Shown: piece by piece, positions 55,655 through 63,969 of the stretch
How the letters are laid out: the number at the start of each line of letters is the position of its first letter
How positions within the stretch are numbered: position 1 is the stretch's first letter
Notes under the pieces: generated by a model
Database searches by the model: none
Seen by the model: the letters and a program-made list of their open reading frames with translations, nothing else
Told to the model about the DNA's origin: nothing
IMG/VR virus record: IMGVR_UViG_3300036770_003657
Location: 335,797-399,796 of that record
Length of the DNA stretch: 64,000 nucleotides
Direction: 5' to 3' (one strand)
Translations under genes and position numbers: made by a program

Positions 55655-55941
55655 GCGGATCCAGTTTAAAAAAAGTTGTGGATGACCTTTATCGTATACT
55701 TAATCGTAAGGCAAGATATTATTGGAGTGAATCTGGGCTAGAATTGAAACTAATTGCCGAAATGGATTGGGAAGATGGAACTGGTATCCACGCACCAGAT
55801 CAGCACGTAGTTGAACGTATAGCAGAATGGTGTTATAAGAATCGTTGTGGACGTCGTACTAGTTATGATACATTTAAGTTTCGTAATCGTAAACAAATTA
55901 CTTTGTTCCTACTACGTTGGGGTGAAGTAAAGGATGAGTAA
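55651..55941 (+). CDS. WFxLRW-family small protein
   Basis: EWC; ITLFLLRWG; ATGA start. Confidence 0.75.
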   Translation: MSGSSLKKVVDDLYRILNRKARYYWSESGLELKLIAEMDWEDGTGIHAPDQHVVERIAEWCYKNRCGRRTSYDTFKFRNRKQITLFLLRWGEVKDE

Positions 55942-56134
55942 GGATTGGCAGGGTTGGGAAATAGTTAGTATACAACAACCCGCTAATAGTCTAGTTGGCT
56001 GGAGTGAATGCTTGGCTTGGTGTGACCATACCCTAAAGCCTCATACCTATTACTATATGGGCGAGGGTGTGTTTACTTTTAAAAATGAATGTGATGCTAC
56101 ATGGTTTAAACTAAGGTGGGATAATGGAAATTAA
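55934..56134 (+). CDS. WFxLRW-family small protein
   Basis: AWC; DATWFKLRW. Confidence 0.75.
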   Translation: MSKDWQGWEIVSIQQPANSLVGWSECLAWCDHTLKPHTYYYMGEGVFTFKNECDATWFKLRWDNGN

Positions 56135-56285
56135 AAGACTAATGATTCCTTTGGATGATGATAGAATTGCCAGTTTGCTATTTAGGCGAGTCAACGATGG
56201 CAATGATTGGGTATGTGTGATGAACGATGAGTTTATGACAGATCTATCTGATTTATTGGAAGTAGAAGAACATACACTACAATGA
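56124..56285 (+). CDS. Small hypothetical protein (53 aa)
   Basis: Not in the track. MEIKRLMIPLDDDRIASLL...; coupled at both ends. Confidence 0.6.
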   Translation: MEIKRLMIPLDDDRIASLLFRRVNDGNDWVCVMNDEFMTDLSDLLEVEEHTLQ

Positions 56286-56542
56286 ACTACGACGACGTTA
56301 AATTCAATAACAAATTAGATGAGATGATAGAGCGAGCAGGTGGTCGTCTATATCTTGCTCACTTGGATCGTCCAGCACTAGAACGCTTTGTTAGAATAAT
56401 GCTGGAGGATATTGAAGAAGATATTAAAGGTTGGCGTGATAGTAAGGATGATAGTATGTATGGTGACTACTGGGAAGGCTATGCTCAAGGCTGTGCGGAT
56501 AGTATAGTAGCGGTGAGACTATGGGCACAAGACATAACCTAG
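56282..56542 (+). CDS. Hypothetical protein
   Basis: 86 aa; ATGA overlap. Confidence 0.7.
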   Translation: MNYDDVKFNNKLDEMIERAGGRLYLAHLDRPALERFVRIMLEDIEEDIKGWRDSKDDSMYGDYWEGYAQGCADSIVAVRLWAQDIT

Positions 56543-56796
56543 ATCACTTGCCCAGACAGGGGCAATATGAATTATTCATCAGTGCCAATCATATCTATTG
56601 TTTTGATGATCTTGATCATGTTAAATGGCCTAATAACGAGCAAACTCAGAGTTGGCTAGCCAAGCAAAATAGTGTACTATGTAGAGCATACATAACTCAA
56701 GATAATAACAAGCCCAGTGCTTATTATTTGGATCCTAAATTATATTTTATGTGGAAATTGGCTTGGAGTGAATATGCGAAACCGATCCGGATATAG
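56521..56796 (+). CDS. Diverged WFxLRW-family protein
   Basis: SWL; YFMWKLAWS; start uncertain. Confidence 0.55.
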   Translation: MGTRHNLDHLPRQGQYELFISANHIYCFDDLDHVKWPNNEQTQSWLAKQNSVLCRAYITQDNNKPSAYYLDPKLYFMWKLAWSEYAKPIRI

Positions 56797-56974
56797 TCTT
56801 CCTGATTATGCCTTATATCGTTATAAGTGGCAGTATAACGGCATAGCACCATTTGAGGAAATAAGCGATTGGTGTAGGAATAATCTTAAAGGCCATACTT
56901 ATATACCATATGAAACTATTTGGTTCAGTAATGAGCGGGACTATCATTGGTTTTTATTACGGTGGAGTTCATGA
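56774..56974 (+). CDS. WFxLRW-family small protein
   Basis: DWC; YHWFLLRWSS. Confidence 0.75.
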   Translation: MRNRSGYSLPDYALYRYKWQYNGIAPFEEISDWCRNNLKGHTYIPYETIWFSNERDYHWFLLRWSS

Positions 56975-57228
56975 AATATATAGAAGATCCTGACATCTGG
57001 TACAATCTACAGACACACTTTTCAAATAATTTTATTCCCCGCTTGGAGAATGATGATAAGGTTTGGGCAATGGCATTTAAACGGTGGCTAAAAGATCAAG
57101 GTGCTGACATTGAAATGAAATTGGGTTATAGATTAATTCGTAATAGTTTGGGCATAGCACCTCACTATGATCGATTGGTCTTTGAAGATGATCGAGATGC
57201 CACAATGTTTATATTGAGGTGGTCATGA
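56971..57228 (+). CDS. WFxLRW-family small protein
   Basis: RWL; DATMFILRWS. Confidence 0.78.
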   Translation: MKYIEDPDIWYNLQTHFSNNFIPRLENDDKVWAMAFKRWLKDQGADIEMKLGYRLIRNSLGIAPHYDRLVFEDDRDATMFILRWS

Positions 57229-57476
57229 AGCCAAGTGAATTACTGGCCATAGCAGAAAAATACTGGCTCACGGAGTATGATTTTAACAAGCCCGTAGCAC
57301 CGGATACGCCCTTTGTCACAGGTGACGGCCGCTATGATGCTATATTATATGACATGCTCGTTCAACATGGTGTAGAATTGATATTGAAACAGAGTAGACA
57401 TAGAAATTGGAAATTGGAAGATTACCGTGTGGTTGATAACAAAAAGTTTATGTGGTTTTTGATGAGGTGGTCATGA
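57225..57476 (+). CDS. WFxLRW-family small protein
   Basis: FMWFLMRWS. Confidence 0.78.
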   Translation: MKPSELLAIAEKYWLTEYDFNKPVAPDTPFVTGDGRYDAILYDMLVQHGVELILKQSRHRNWKLEDYRVVDNKKFMWFLMRWS

Positions 57477-57679
57477 AATTCCGTATGATCGATATGGGCT
57501 ATCGTCAGAGTCCCGACTATCCTTATAACTATAGGATTGAACTCTTTGATTATGGTTTCGAAGAACGCCGGCAGTTAAGTCTGTGGTTAAATGATCTTAA
57601 AATTCCCCATACCACAACTGGCAGTGTGATATACTTGGGCGAGAAATATGCTAATTGGTTTGCTTTGAGGTGGTCATGA
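57473..57679 (+). CDS. WFxLRW-family small protein
   Basis: LWL; ANWFALRWS. Confidence 0.78.
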   Translation: MKFRMIDMGYRQSPDYPYNYRIELFDYGFEERRQLSLWLNDLKIPHTTTGSVIYLGEKYANWFALRWS

Positions 57680-57894
57680 GTGAAAGAATTGATCATGTCA
57701 TTGACAAAAGAGGGTATGTGCTTATGGGAGATAGTAGGGGCATAGTCACACCATATGAACTAAGACAAGAGATTTATGAATGGGCTCAAAAGAATAACAT
57801 AGAAATAGAATACCATGGCAGTCTTGATAGAAAAGATCTATGGTATGTAAAAAACGATCAGCATCGTAATTGGTTTACTTTGAGGTGGTCATGA
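57676..57894 (+). CDS. WFxLRW-family small protein
   Basis: EWA; RNWFTLRWS. Confidence 0.78.
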   Translation: MSERIDHVIDKRGYVLMGDSRGIVTPYELRQEIYEWAQKNNIEIEYHGSLDRKDLWYVKNDQHRNWFTLRWS

Positions 57895-58232
57895 AAATAC
57901 AGGGAATAAAAAAACTTAGGGATGATCAAAAGATTTTTGTGTTGGGCAAGATTACTCCGCATGCGTTTCGTCAATATATGGATCGCTACTCAGATTTTGG
58001 TTGGGCTATGGAAACGAGAGCACATCATGCTATTAAACGTTTAATAAAACATGAGCATATGGAATTATACCAATGGTTGTTGAGTCAAAATTGTCAAACA
58101 ACCAATTGGATTGATGATGAAATATTTTCACTTCCATATCAATTCCGTAATCAGGTAGATTATTTTGATTGGGGTATAGGGTTTAAGTTTAATGATCCTG
58201 CAGAAACTTGGTTTACTTTGAGGTGGTCATGA
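57891..58232 (+). CDS. WFxLRW-family small protein
   Basis: QWL; ETWFTLRWS. Confidence 0.78.
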   Translation: MKIQGIKKLRDDQKIFVLGKITPHAFRQYMDRYSDFGWAMETRAHHAIKRLIKHEHMELYQWLLSQNCQTTNWIDDEIFSLPYQFRNQVDYFDWGIGFKFNDPAETWFTLRWS

Positions 58233-58462
58233 TGACTAGGTTAGTTTGTTTGCCTGCTCACGAAGGACCTGTGCTAAATGCTGCTATTTGGTTGAGACAG
58301 CACTTAAACATACCCCAGTATGAAACTATGGAAAGTCAGTTTGAAGAATATTTTAATTGTCGGGTGGTAAGAGAGCCACCACACGATTTGGTCTATGGTA
58401 AAATATTTGCTGTGTTTGACTGTGAGCGGGATGCTAATTGGTTCGTATTGAGGTGGTCGTGA
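58229..58462 (+). CDS. WFxLRW-family small protein
   Basis: IWL; DANWFVLRWS. Confidence 0.78.
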   Translation: MMTRLVCLPAHEGPVLNAAIWLRQHLNIPQYETMESQFEEYFNCRVVREPPHDLVYGKIFAVFDCERDANWFVLRWS

Positions 58463-58662
58463 GACAATTGAAGAAAGAACTATGGCCCTGTAGTGTTAGA
58501 GTAAACTTGCCACCCGAGGATATAACACCTGTTGAACTATGGTTAGCCCTACAGTTTGGTGCATTAAAGGATAGATGGAATGTGATTTATAGATTCAATC
58601 ATACAGAGTACTATTTTCGTAATCAAAAAGACGCTAATTGGTTCGCATTGAGGTGGGCGTAA
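58459..58662 (+). CDS. WFxLRW-family small protein (GTG start)
   Basis: LWL; DANWFALRWA; GTGA overlap. Confidence 0.75.
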   Translation: MRQLKKELWPCSVRVNLPPEDITPVELWLALQFGALKDRWNVIYRFNHTEYYFRNQKDANWFALRWA

Positions 58663-58925
58663 TGGCAGAAACTATACGCAAGTTCGCTGAACAAAGGAAA
58701 GTAAAGAACTGGGACCACACCACTGCCAAAAATGTACAAGAAGAATACCAAGCCTCTGGCTACTATCCTGTGCAGTTAGGCATGCTGGGCCTAGTGGGTG
58801 AATGGCAGGAATGCCATCGGTGGTGTCGTGACTATATAGGTGAGGATCACTATAGTTGGACAGGATCAACATTTTGGTTTGAAACAGAGCAAGCGGCTAT
58901 GTGGTTCGCATTGAGGTGGGCATGA
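58662..58925 (+). CDS. WFxLRW-family small protein
   Basis: RWC; AAMWFALRWA. Confidence 0.78.
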   Translation: MAETIRKFAEQRKVKNWDHTTAKNVQEEYQASGYYPVQLGMLGLVGEWQECHRWCRDYIGEDHYSWTGSTFWFETEQAAMWFALRWA

Positions 58926-59128
58926 GTAAAAGAGATTGGTGTAATATCGCTGTTAGTGTGCCTTGGCGTAGCCCTGGACAATGGCGTGACCTGCGTATTT
59001 GGCTACAGGAAAATGTCAACGATATGGACTACGATGCTGCCGGTGTAGATTTACAGCGTTACGATCAAAGAGTATTTTATTTTGCTAGACCGAAGGATGC
59101 AATGTGGTTCGCACTGAGATGGAGTTAA
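58922..59128 (+). CDS. WFxLRW-family small protein
   Basis: IWL; DAMWFALRWS. Confidence 0.78.
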   Translation: MSKRDWCNIAVSVPWRSPGQWRDLRIWLQENVNDMDYDAAGVDLQRYDQRVFYFARPKDAMWFALRWS

Positions 59129-59129
59129 T

Positions 59130-59519
59130 ATGATTGATAAAACAGTAGAAGAGTTCTGTAAGAGATATGAAGCAAGAATAGTACGCACCGGCCAGTATCA
59201 TCGTAGGGCAGAACCGAGTCCTTGGCGTATACCTGGCTATTATGAAACAAGTACCATAAAAAATGTCGACTTCTTCAATATTACTGAAGTGCCTATAACA
59301 AGTATTACCCTGCCAGAAGATCGGCTTGGTGCATTGGTAGAACACGAACAGCGTGTATCTGATTTTGTAGAACCTTTCCACCGAGGCCATGTTGGCAAAT
59401 ATCAACACATAGAAGCCCATATAGCAGAACAAGAAATTGAATGTCGCCTGCGTCATACTAATCCTGCACTGAAGAAGGCCTGGGACAATTATCAAATGCT
59501 ATTGAGGCTGGTAAGATGA
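59130..59519 (+). CDS. Hypothetical protein
   Basis: 129 aa; ends NPALKKAWDNYQMLLRL. Confidence 0.7.
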   Translation: MIDKTVEEFCKRYEARIVRTGQYHRRAEPSPWRIPGYYETSTIKNVDFFNITEVPITSITLPEDRLGALVEHEQRVSDFVEPFHRGHVGKYQHIEAHIAEQEIECRLRHTNPALKKAWDNYQMLLRLVR

Positions 59520-59746
59520 AGTGTGGCTGTTATGAGTGTGTAAAGAATGATTTACTTCTAGTTATGAGCACTATTATAGTGTGTGGTACCTGTGGTAATA
59601 AACGCTGTCCACATGCTACTAATCATTTACTGCCCTGTACCAATAGCAATGAGCCAGGACAATTAGGATCAAGGTATGGCACTTGGCCACATCCTGATCT
59701 GCCTTTTTATGAATTCATATCTAAAGGTCAAAAGGATAAAATCTAA
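59516..59746 (+). CDS. Cys-rich zinc-binding phage protein
   Basis: CGCYEC...CGTCGNKRCPHATNH...CTNSNEPGQ. Confidence 0.7.
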   Translation: MKCGCYECVKNDLLLVMSTIIVCGTCGNKRCPHATNHLLPCTNSNEPGQLGSRYGTWPHPDLPFYEFISKGQKDKI

Positions 59747-59756
59747 TATATAGTGT

Positions 59757-59975
59757 ATGAGCATACAAGTCACTGTGCCTAATCAACATACTGGTCAACT
59801 CATAGACATGGTAAGAGAATTAAAAAAACAGGGACTAGAACAAGGGCGGGATTTCGATTTTAGGTTTATGCCTGCTGTATATGATTTTGCTAACAATCAT
59901 AGTGAGCCAAGGCATGCGGTATTTGTTTTCTACGAGGAAAAATGGGCAACTTGGTTCACACTAAAATGGCTTTGA
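59757..59975 (+). CDS. WFxLRW-family small protein
   Basis: WATWFTLKWL. Confidence 0.75.
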   Translation: MSIQVTVPNQHTGQLIDMVRELKKQGLEQGRDFDFRFMPAVYDFANNHSEPRHAVFVFYEEKWATWFTLKWL

Positions 59976-60181
59976 ACAATTTAGGCTATCCTGATATATA
60001 TCCTGGTTGGCATTACTTACATAAGAAGTATAACATAAATCCTAAAGAAACAGACATTTATGAAATGTTTGCTTGGTGTGATGATAACATTGGTGAGTTT
60101 GGTGTAGACTGGGATTGGCACATTGATACCTTTTGCTTTCGTAGAGCCAAGGATGCTACAATATTTGGACTGAGGTGGTAA
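59972..60181 (+). CDS. WFxLRW-family small protein
   Basis: AWC; DATIFGLRW; TTGA overlap start (alternative ATG at 59966). Confidence 0.72.
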   Translation: MNNLGYPDIYPGWHYLHKKYNINPKETDIYEMFAWCDDNIGEFGVDWDWHIDTFCFRRAKDATIFGLRW

Positions 60182-60182
60182 T

Positions 60183-60485
60183 ATGGCTGGATTTAAAAGT
60201 AAACGAGCATTGTCATCAAGTAAGATGTTTAATATGCCTATGGTCATGGCTGACCCCAGTGTAAACATATTATATCGTACACCGGATGGTTGGTACACTG
60301 TGGCCTTTAACAAGGAAACTATAGACTGGTTCCGTAAAACCTATGATGACAAACAAGGAATAACCTGGCGTGAGACAGATGATGACAGTTATATCATATA
60401 TCGTCGTAGGTTAGAACTAACTGAAGAAATGGTCACTCTACTAAAACTAAAATACAGTGACACGCTGGATAATACAGATATATAA
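60183..60485 (+). CDS. Diverged WFxLRW-family protein
   Basis: DWF; VTLLKLKYS. Confidence 0.55.
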   Translation: MAGFKSKRALSSSKMFNMPMVMADPSVNILYRTPDGWYTVAFNKETIDWFRKTYDDKQGITWRETDDDSYIIYRRRLELTEEMVTLLKLKYSDTLDNTDI

Positions 60486-60491
60486 TACATC

Positions 60492-60776
60492 ATGTTAAAC
60501 AAAGTTAAAGCCTTTTGGCACCATAGTTATACCACAGATCGTAAGGCCTTCTATTTAGAAATGATGGCCAGTATATGTGTAGTAAGCACTACATTTGCCA
60601 TTGCTTGGATGGCCTATCATCCACCAATGCACTATATCTATCCTGTAAGTTTTGTAGGTGCTGTATTCAGTATCCTAGCATATTGGCGTAGACAATTGGC
60701 CTGGCCATTTTTACTTACTTGTTATTTTGCCTGTATTCATGTATTTGGATTTGGGCGTGCATTGGGGTATTGGTAA
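60492..60776 (+). CDS. Three-TM membrane protein
   Basis: Three hydrophobic segments. Confidence 0.7.
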   Translation: MLNKVKAFWHHSYTTDRKAFYLEMMASICVVSTTFAIAWMAYHPPMHYIYPVSFVGAVFSILAYWRRQLAWPFLLTCYFACIHVFGFGRALGYW

Positions 60777-61591
60777 TGCCTATAGCCATACAATTACCTG
60801 AAGTATTGAGTCGTGAGGAATTCGTTAATATGATTCCTAAAACAGCTCGCACTTTGGAAATAGGACCATATAACAACCCTACTCTTAAGCGTAGTGAATT
60901 TCCCAATGTCAAATATATGGATATGTTCACCGCAGAACAAATACTAGAGGATAAAGAACGTTATACTAATATAGGTGAGATGCCAGATCAAATAGATATT
61001 TTAGTTGATCCTGAACAGCGTCCTACATTTACTACTGATCTTAAGTTTGATTTTATCTACAGTGCTCATAACATTGAACATCATCCTGATATAGTATACC
61101 ATTTAAATGAAATAGCTAGCCTAGCACAAGGCATGCACAGTAGATACTTTCTCACTGTCCCAGATAAAAGATATTGTTTTGATTATTATCAACATGCTAG
61201 TGAATATACTGATATGATTGAAGCATATTTAGAACAGCGTCGCACTCATAGTTTTGGCAGCTATCTACGTCATACTGTATATGCTACACATAATAACATA
61301 TATGAGCATTGGATGGGTAGTCATGGATTGGATCCTAGAAGTATAGAAATTAATATTAATCATGCTACCACAATAAGACATAAAATTGATAATGCCAGAG
61401 ATGAACGTCATCGTAAGTTTGCTGACATACATGCTTGGTATTTTACCAATGAAAGTTTTATGTACACAATTAATATGTTGAATCAACTAGGCCTACAGCC
61501 TTGGAGGGTAGATGCTGTGACTCCTCCACAACATATGACACCAGAGTTCCACGCCGTTATGAGTCTAACACGCTATGTCAACAGAAGTTGA
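60776..61591 (+). CDS. Class I SAM-dependent methyltransferase-like protein
   Basis: LEIGPYNNP, YMD, FDFIYSAHNIEH, LTVPDKRYCFD; start moved to the TAATG overlap. Confidence 0.7.
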   Translation: MPIAIQLPEVLSREEFVNMIPKTARTLEIGPYNNPTLKRSEFPNVKYMDMFTAEQILEDKERYTNIGEMPDQIDILVDPEQRPTFTTDLKFDFIYSAHNIEHHPDIVYHLNEIASLAQGMHSRYFLTVPDKRYCFDYYQHASEYTDMIEAYLEQRRTHSFGSYLRHTVYATHNNIYEHWMGSHGLDPRSIEININHATTIRHKIDNARDERHRKFADIHAWYFTNESFMYTINMLNQLGLQPWRVDAVTPPQHMTPEFHAVMSLTRYVNRS

Positions 61592-61880
61592 AATTAAACT
61601 AACAGAAGGCATCACCCCTATGTATAAACTCATAGAGGGTGAATGCTATGACTGGATTGTATTGGCCCGTGTACCAATTGGTAATGAAGATCCAACCTAC
61701 TTTGCCCAAGTCTATTTAGAAAGCTTTAAAAAAAGTGACTATGGACGCTGGTGCATAAAACATATCAAAGATATAGAATATAAGTACAAACCAGGCAGTA
61801 AAAGTATATTTGACTTTGAGCTATTTGGTTATATCAAACCAATTAAGCTAACTGAAATGCGTATAAGATTCCAGCAGTGA
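61575..61880 (+). CDS. Hypothetical protein (possibly diverged array family)
   Basis: GRWC; LTEMRIRFQ. Confidence 0.6.
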   Translation: MSTEVEIKLTEGITPMYKLIEGECYDWIVLARVPIGNEDPTYFAQVYLESFKKSDYGRWCIKHIKDIEYKYKPGSKSIFDFELFGYIKPIKLTEMRIRFQQ

Positions 61881-62131
61881 AACGTCACTATAATTTCTTT
61901 TTTACAATGCTTAAGGCATTTGCGGATTATAAAAAAGAATATGACATTAAAGAAGGTGCTATGACAGCAAAATTCTTTACATATATGGAAGAACGTTATG
62001 GCATTGAAATATTATTAGAAGCACATACTGGTTATATGCGAGCTGCATATAATATCAAAGACCTTGCTAAACACAGCCTGTTTATATTAAAATACGGTGA
62101 TTATTTACAGGACACATATTATAATGATTAA
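61877..62131 (+). CDS. Diverged WFxLRW-family protein
   Basis: HSLFILKYG. Confidence 0.55.
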   Translation: MKRHYNFFFTMLKAFADYKKEYDIKEGAMTAKFFTYMEERYGIEILLEAHTGYMRAAYNIKDLAKHSLFILKYGDYLQDTYYND

Positions 62132-62486
62132 AACTATTAACTCAGGAAAATATATTACCGTACAACAAGCATATACTAGTCAACCATATATTAGCCCAGG
62201 ATCATCAGGCGCTGGTATGATACGGTGGAATCCCAATATGCAGTGTTTTGAAGTTAATGATGGTGCAGTATGGCAACAATATACAATGGCCAGCCCTACT
62301 ATTGAATTGAATACGGAAGCACAAGAACTGTTGGACTATGTTAGAAAACTACGTGATAGACAAAGACTAGTAGAACAAAATCCTAGTTTAGAAAAGGCTC
62401 TAGAGGCTATTACTCGTGCTGAGGATAACTTTGATACTTTGGCCAAACTAGTTGATACCAAACCAATAGATTATCATCATGTCTAA
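62124..62486 (+). CDS. Hypothetical protein
   Basis: GAGMIRWNPNMQCFEVNDGAVW; C-terminal helices. Confidence 0.7.
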   Translation: MIKTINSGKYITVQQAYTSQPYISPGSSGAGMIRWNPNMQCFEVNDGAVWQQYTMASPTIELNTEAQELLDYVRKLRDRQRLVEQNPSLEKALEAITRAEDNFDTLAKLVDTKPIDYHHV

Positions 62487-62799
62487 TTATTGGGTAAAAA
62501 TAGAAGGCGATGAAGCTGTAGAATATCGTAAAGTACACGTTCATACAATCACTATGGGTGATGTAGAAGATCCTGAAATATATATAGCAGGACCCATATT
62601 AGAATGGCAACAAAGTGAAGTGGGTCGTTGGATAATGGAACATAGTGCTGAACAGCCTGTATTTCATAGATGGGCTGATCCTCACCATTATGGCTATACC
62701 TATAAAATCACTGCTGTACTACGAGGCAGGGATTATACTTATTGGACATTGAAGTGGGGCAAGGCGACCAATCACAAAGATATCTTGAAGAGTATTTAG
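62479..62799 (+). CDS. Diverged WFxLRW-family protein
   Basis: GRWI; YTYWTLKWG. Confidence 0.6.
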   Translation: MSNYWVKIEGDEAVEYRKVHVHTITMGDVEDPEIYIAGPILEWQQSEVGRWIMEHSAEQPVFHRWADPHHYGYTYKITAVLRGRDYTYWTLKWGKATNHKDILKSI

Positions 62800-63023
62800 G
62801 AGCCTTCCACATATATCACGTGGATGACGACAGTGCTGAACGCATTAGTCTATGGTTGGCTCAGCAGGGTAGACAATATAGAGATTGGATAGTCATACAC
62901 GGTAGGATGTATGAAAGCAACACTTTTGTTCATATCAAAAGCCATAAGGTATGTTTGTTGTTCGAACTAGCATTTAGTCAATCAATAATACGCAGATTTG
63001 TTGACAGGAAAACAATGCCGTAG
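62742..63023 (+). CDS. Diverged WFxLRW-family protein
   Basis: LWL; CLLFELAFS; start uncertain. Confidence 0.45.
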   Translation: MDIEVGQGDQSQRYLEEYLGAFHIYHVDDDSAERISLWLAQQGRQYRDWIVIHGRMYESNTFVHIKSHKVCLLFELAFSQSIIRRFVDRKTMP

Positions 63024-63029
63024 TATACT
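63001..63029 (+). promoter_or_regulatory. Sigma70-type promoter
   Basis: TTGACA -17- TATACT. Confidence 0.7.
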
Positions 63030-63038
63030 TGCTGTATT

Positions 63039-63455
63039 ATGAATACACGAGAACCTTTATTCAGCGTGACCGCACGTGACTGTGAATGGTCTTATACCAG
63101 AGGTACAGGAGCAGGTGGTCAAAAACGAAACAAGACATCCAGTGCTGTGCATTGTAGTCATCGTCCGTCAGGTGCTCACGGATATAGTGAAGCCAGTCGT
63201 AGCCAATTGGACAATCGTCGTGATGCCTTTCGTAAAATGGGAGAGAGTGCTAAATTCCAAACTTGGGCTAAGATGGAAATGATGCGGCGTACTGGTGAAG
63301 CCTTGGAGATTGAGCGTTGGCTGGAAAATGAAATGCGTAAGGTTAAAATAGAGATTAAGGTGGATGGTCGTTGGCGTGAAGTTAAACCTCATATGCTGGT
63401 GGATGATCCAGATGATTTTAGAATTGAATACTTAGCGGAGATGGGCGATGAATAA
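63039..63455 (+). CDS. Class I peptide release factor GGQ-domain protein (ArfB/PrfH-like)
   Basis: YTRGTGAGGQKRNKTSSAVHCSHRPSG...SRSQLDNRRDAFRKM. Confidence 0.88.
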   Translation: MNTREPLFSVTARDCEWSYTRGTGAGGQKRNKTSSAVHCSHRPSGAHGYSEASRSQLDNRRDAFRKMGESAKFQTWAKMEMMRRTGEALEIERWLENEMRKVKIEIKVDGRWREVKPHMLVDDPDDFRIEYLAEMGDE

Positions 63456-63669
63456 TGAAAGTCAAGCAAGATGGTATGCTATAAGGTTAATCTTAGTATA
63501 CCTCAGCATCATATCAATCTTTGCTGTTATAGCATATATTGATCTATTTTGGTTGTTGGTTGTACTTGTGTCTATGTTTGTGTTTATGGTAACAGGTGCC
63601 ATATATAGTGAAGCATATGATCGTAAACTTATGGAGTTAGAAAGAAATGACCAATCAAGAACTAATTAA
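63448..63669 (+). CDS. Two-TM membrane protein
   Basis: Two hydrophobic segments. Confidence 0.65.
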   Translation: MNNESQARWYAIRLILVYLSIISIFAVIAYIDLFWLLVVLVSMFVFMVTGAIYSEAYDRKLMELERNDQSRTN

Positions 63670-63784
63670 TACTCTGCGTAAGGCCAGTGCGAGCCAAGAT
63701 AACATAGCATTGAAGATGTTATTGATTTATGCTGCTGAAAGAATGGAAAGACTACACCTTGCTCTATATGGAGATACAGAATGA
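63647..63784 (+). CDS. Small hypothetical protein (45 aa)
   Basis: Not in the track. MTNQELINTLRKAS...; ATGA overlap with the next gene. Confidence 0.5.
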   Translation: MTNQELINTLRKASASQDNIALKMLLIYAAERMERLHLALYGDTE

Positions 63785-63969
63785 ACGAACGAATTAAAGA
63801 ACTTGCTGAACAGGCTGAACAGTGGGCAGATAATCAAAACTTTTATGCTAGCGATTACCAAGATTATATGATGGAAAAGTTCGCCGAGTTGATTGTCAGG
63901 GAATGTGCCAGCAAGGTCACCCGCAATGAAGCATTGAATATCTTTGAACATTTCGGAGTTGAAGAATGA
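63781..63969 (+). CDS. Conserved phage hypothetical protein
   Basis: MNERIKELAEQA...EKFAELIVREC...HFGVEE. Confidence 0.75.
   Translation: MNERIKELAEQAEQWADNQNFYASDYQDYMMEKFAELIVRECASKVTRNEALNIFEHFGVEE

Larger units (their letters stand above)
56950..59128 (+). repeat. Dispersed ~25-nt junction repeat TGGTT[TC]NNN[TC]TGAGGTGG[TG]C[AG]TGA at gene ends
   Basis: For example, ttggtttactttgaggtggtcatga is identical at 57870-57894 and 58208-58232. Confidence 0.9.

Noticed and set aside
56950-59128. Regularly recurring ~25-nt repeat as a CRISPR array
   Set aside because: The intervals are 200-340 nt, variable and fully protein-coding; the repeats are degenerate and non-palindromic; there is no cas operon (the Cas4-like exonuclease is a stand-alone phage gene).
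55630-59942. ORF-track N-terminal extensions such as MVYFEVVM and MVRIEVGM
   Set aside because: They are the alternate-frame reading of the previous gene's conserved W-F-x-L-R-W end; true starts are at the ATGA/GTGA/TAATG overlaps after GAGGTG.
55266-60181. Integron cassette array or diversity-generating retroelement
   Set aside because: No attC-like inverted repeats (RYYYAAC...GTTRRRY), no tyrosine integrase, no reverse transcriptase and no TR/VR pair differing at adenines was seen in the window.
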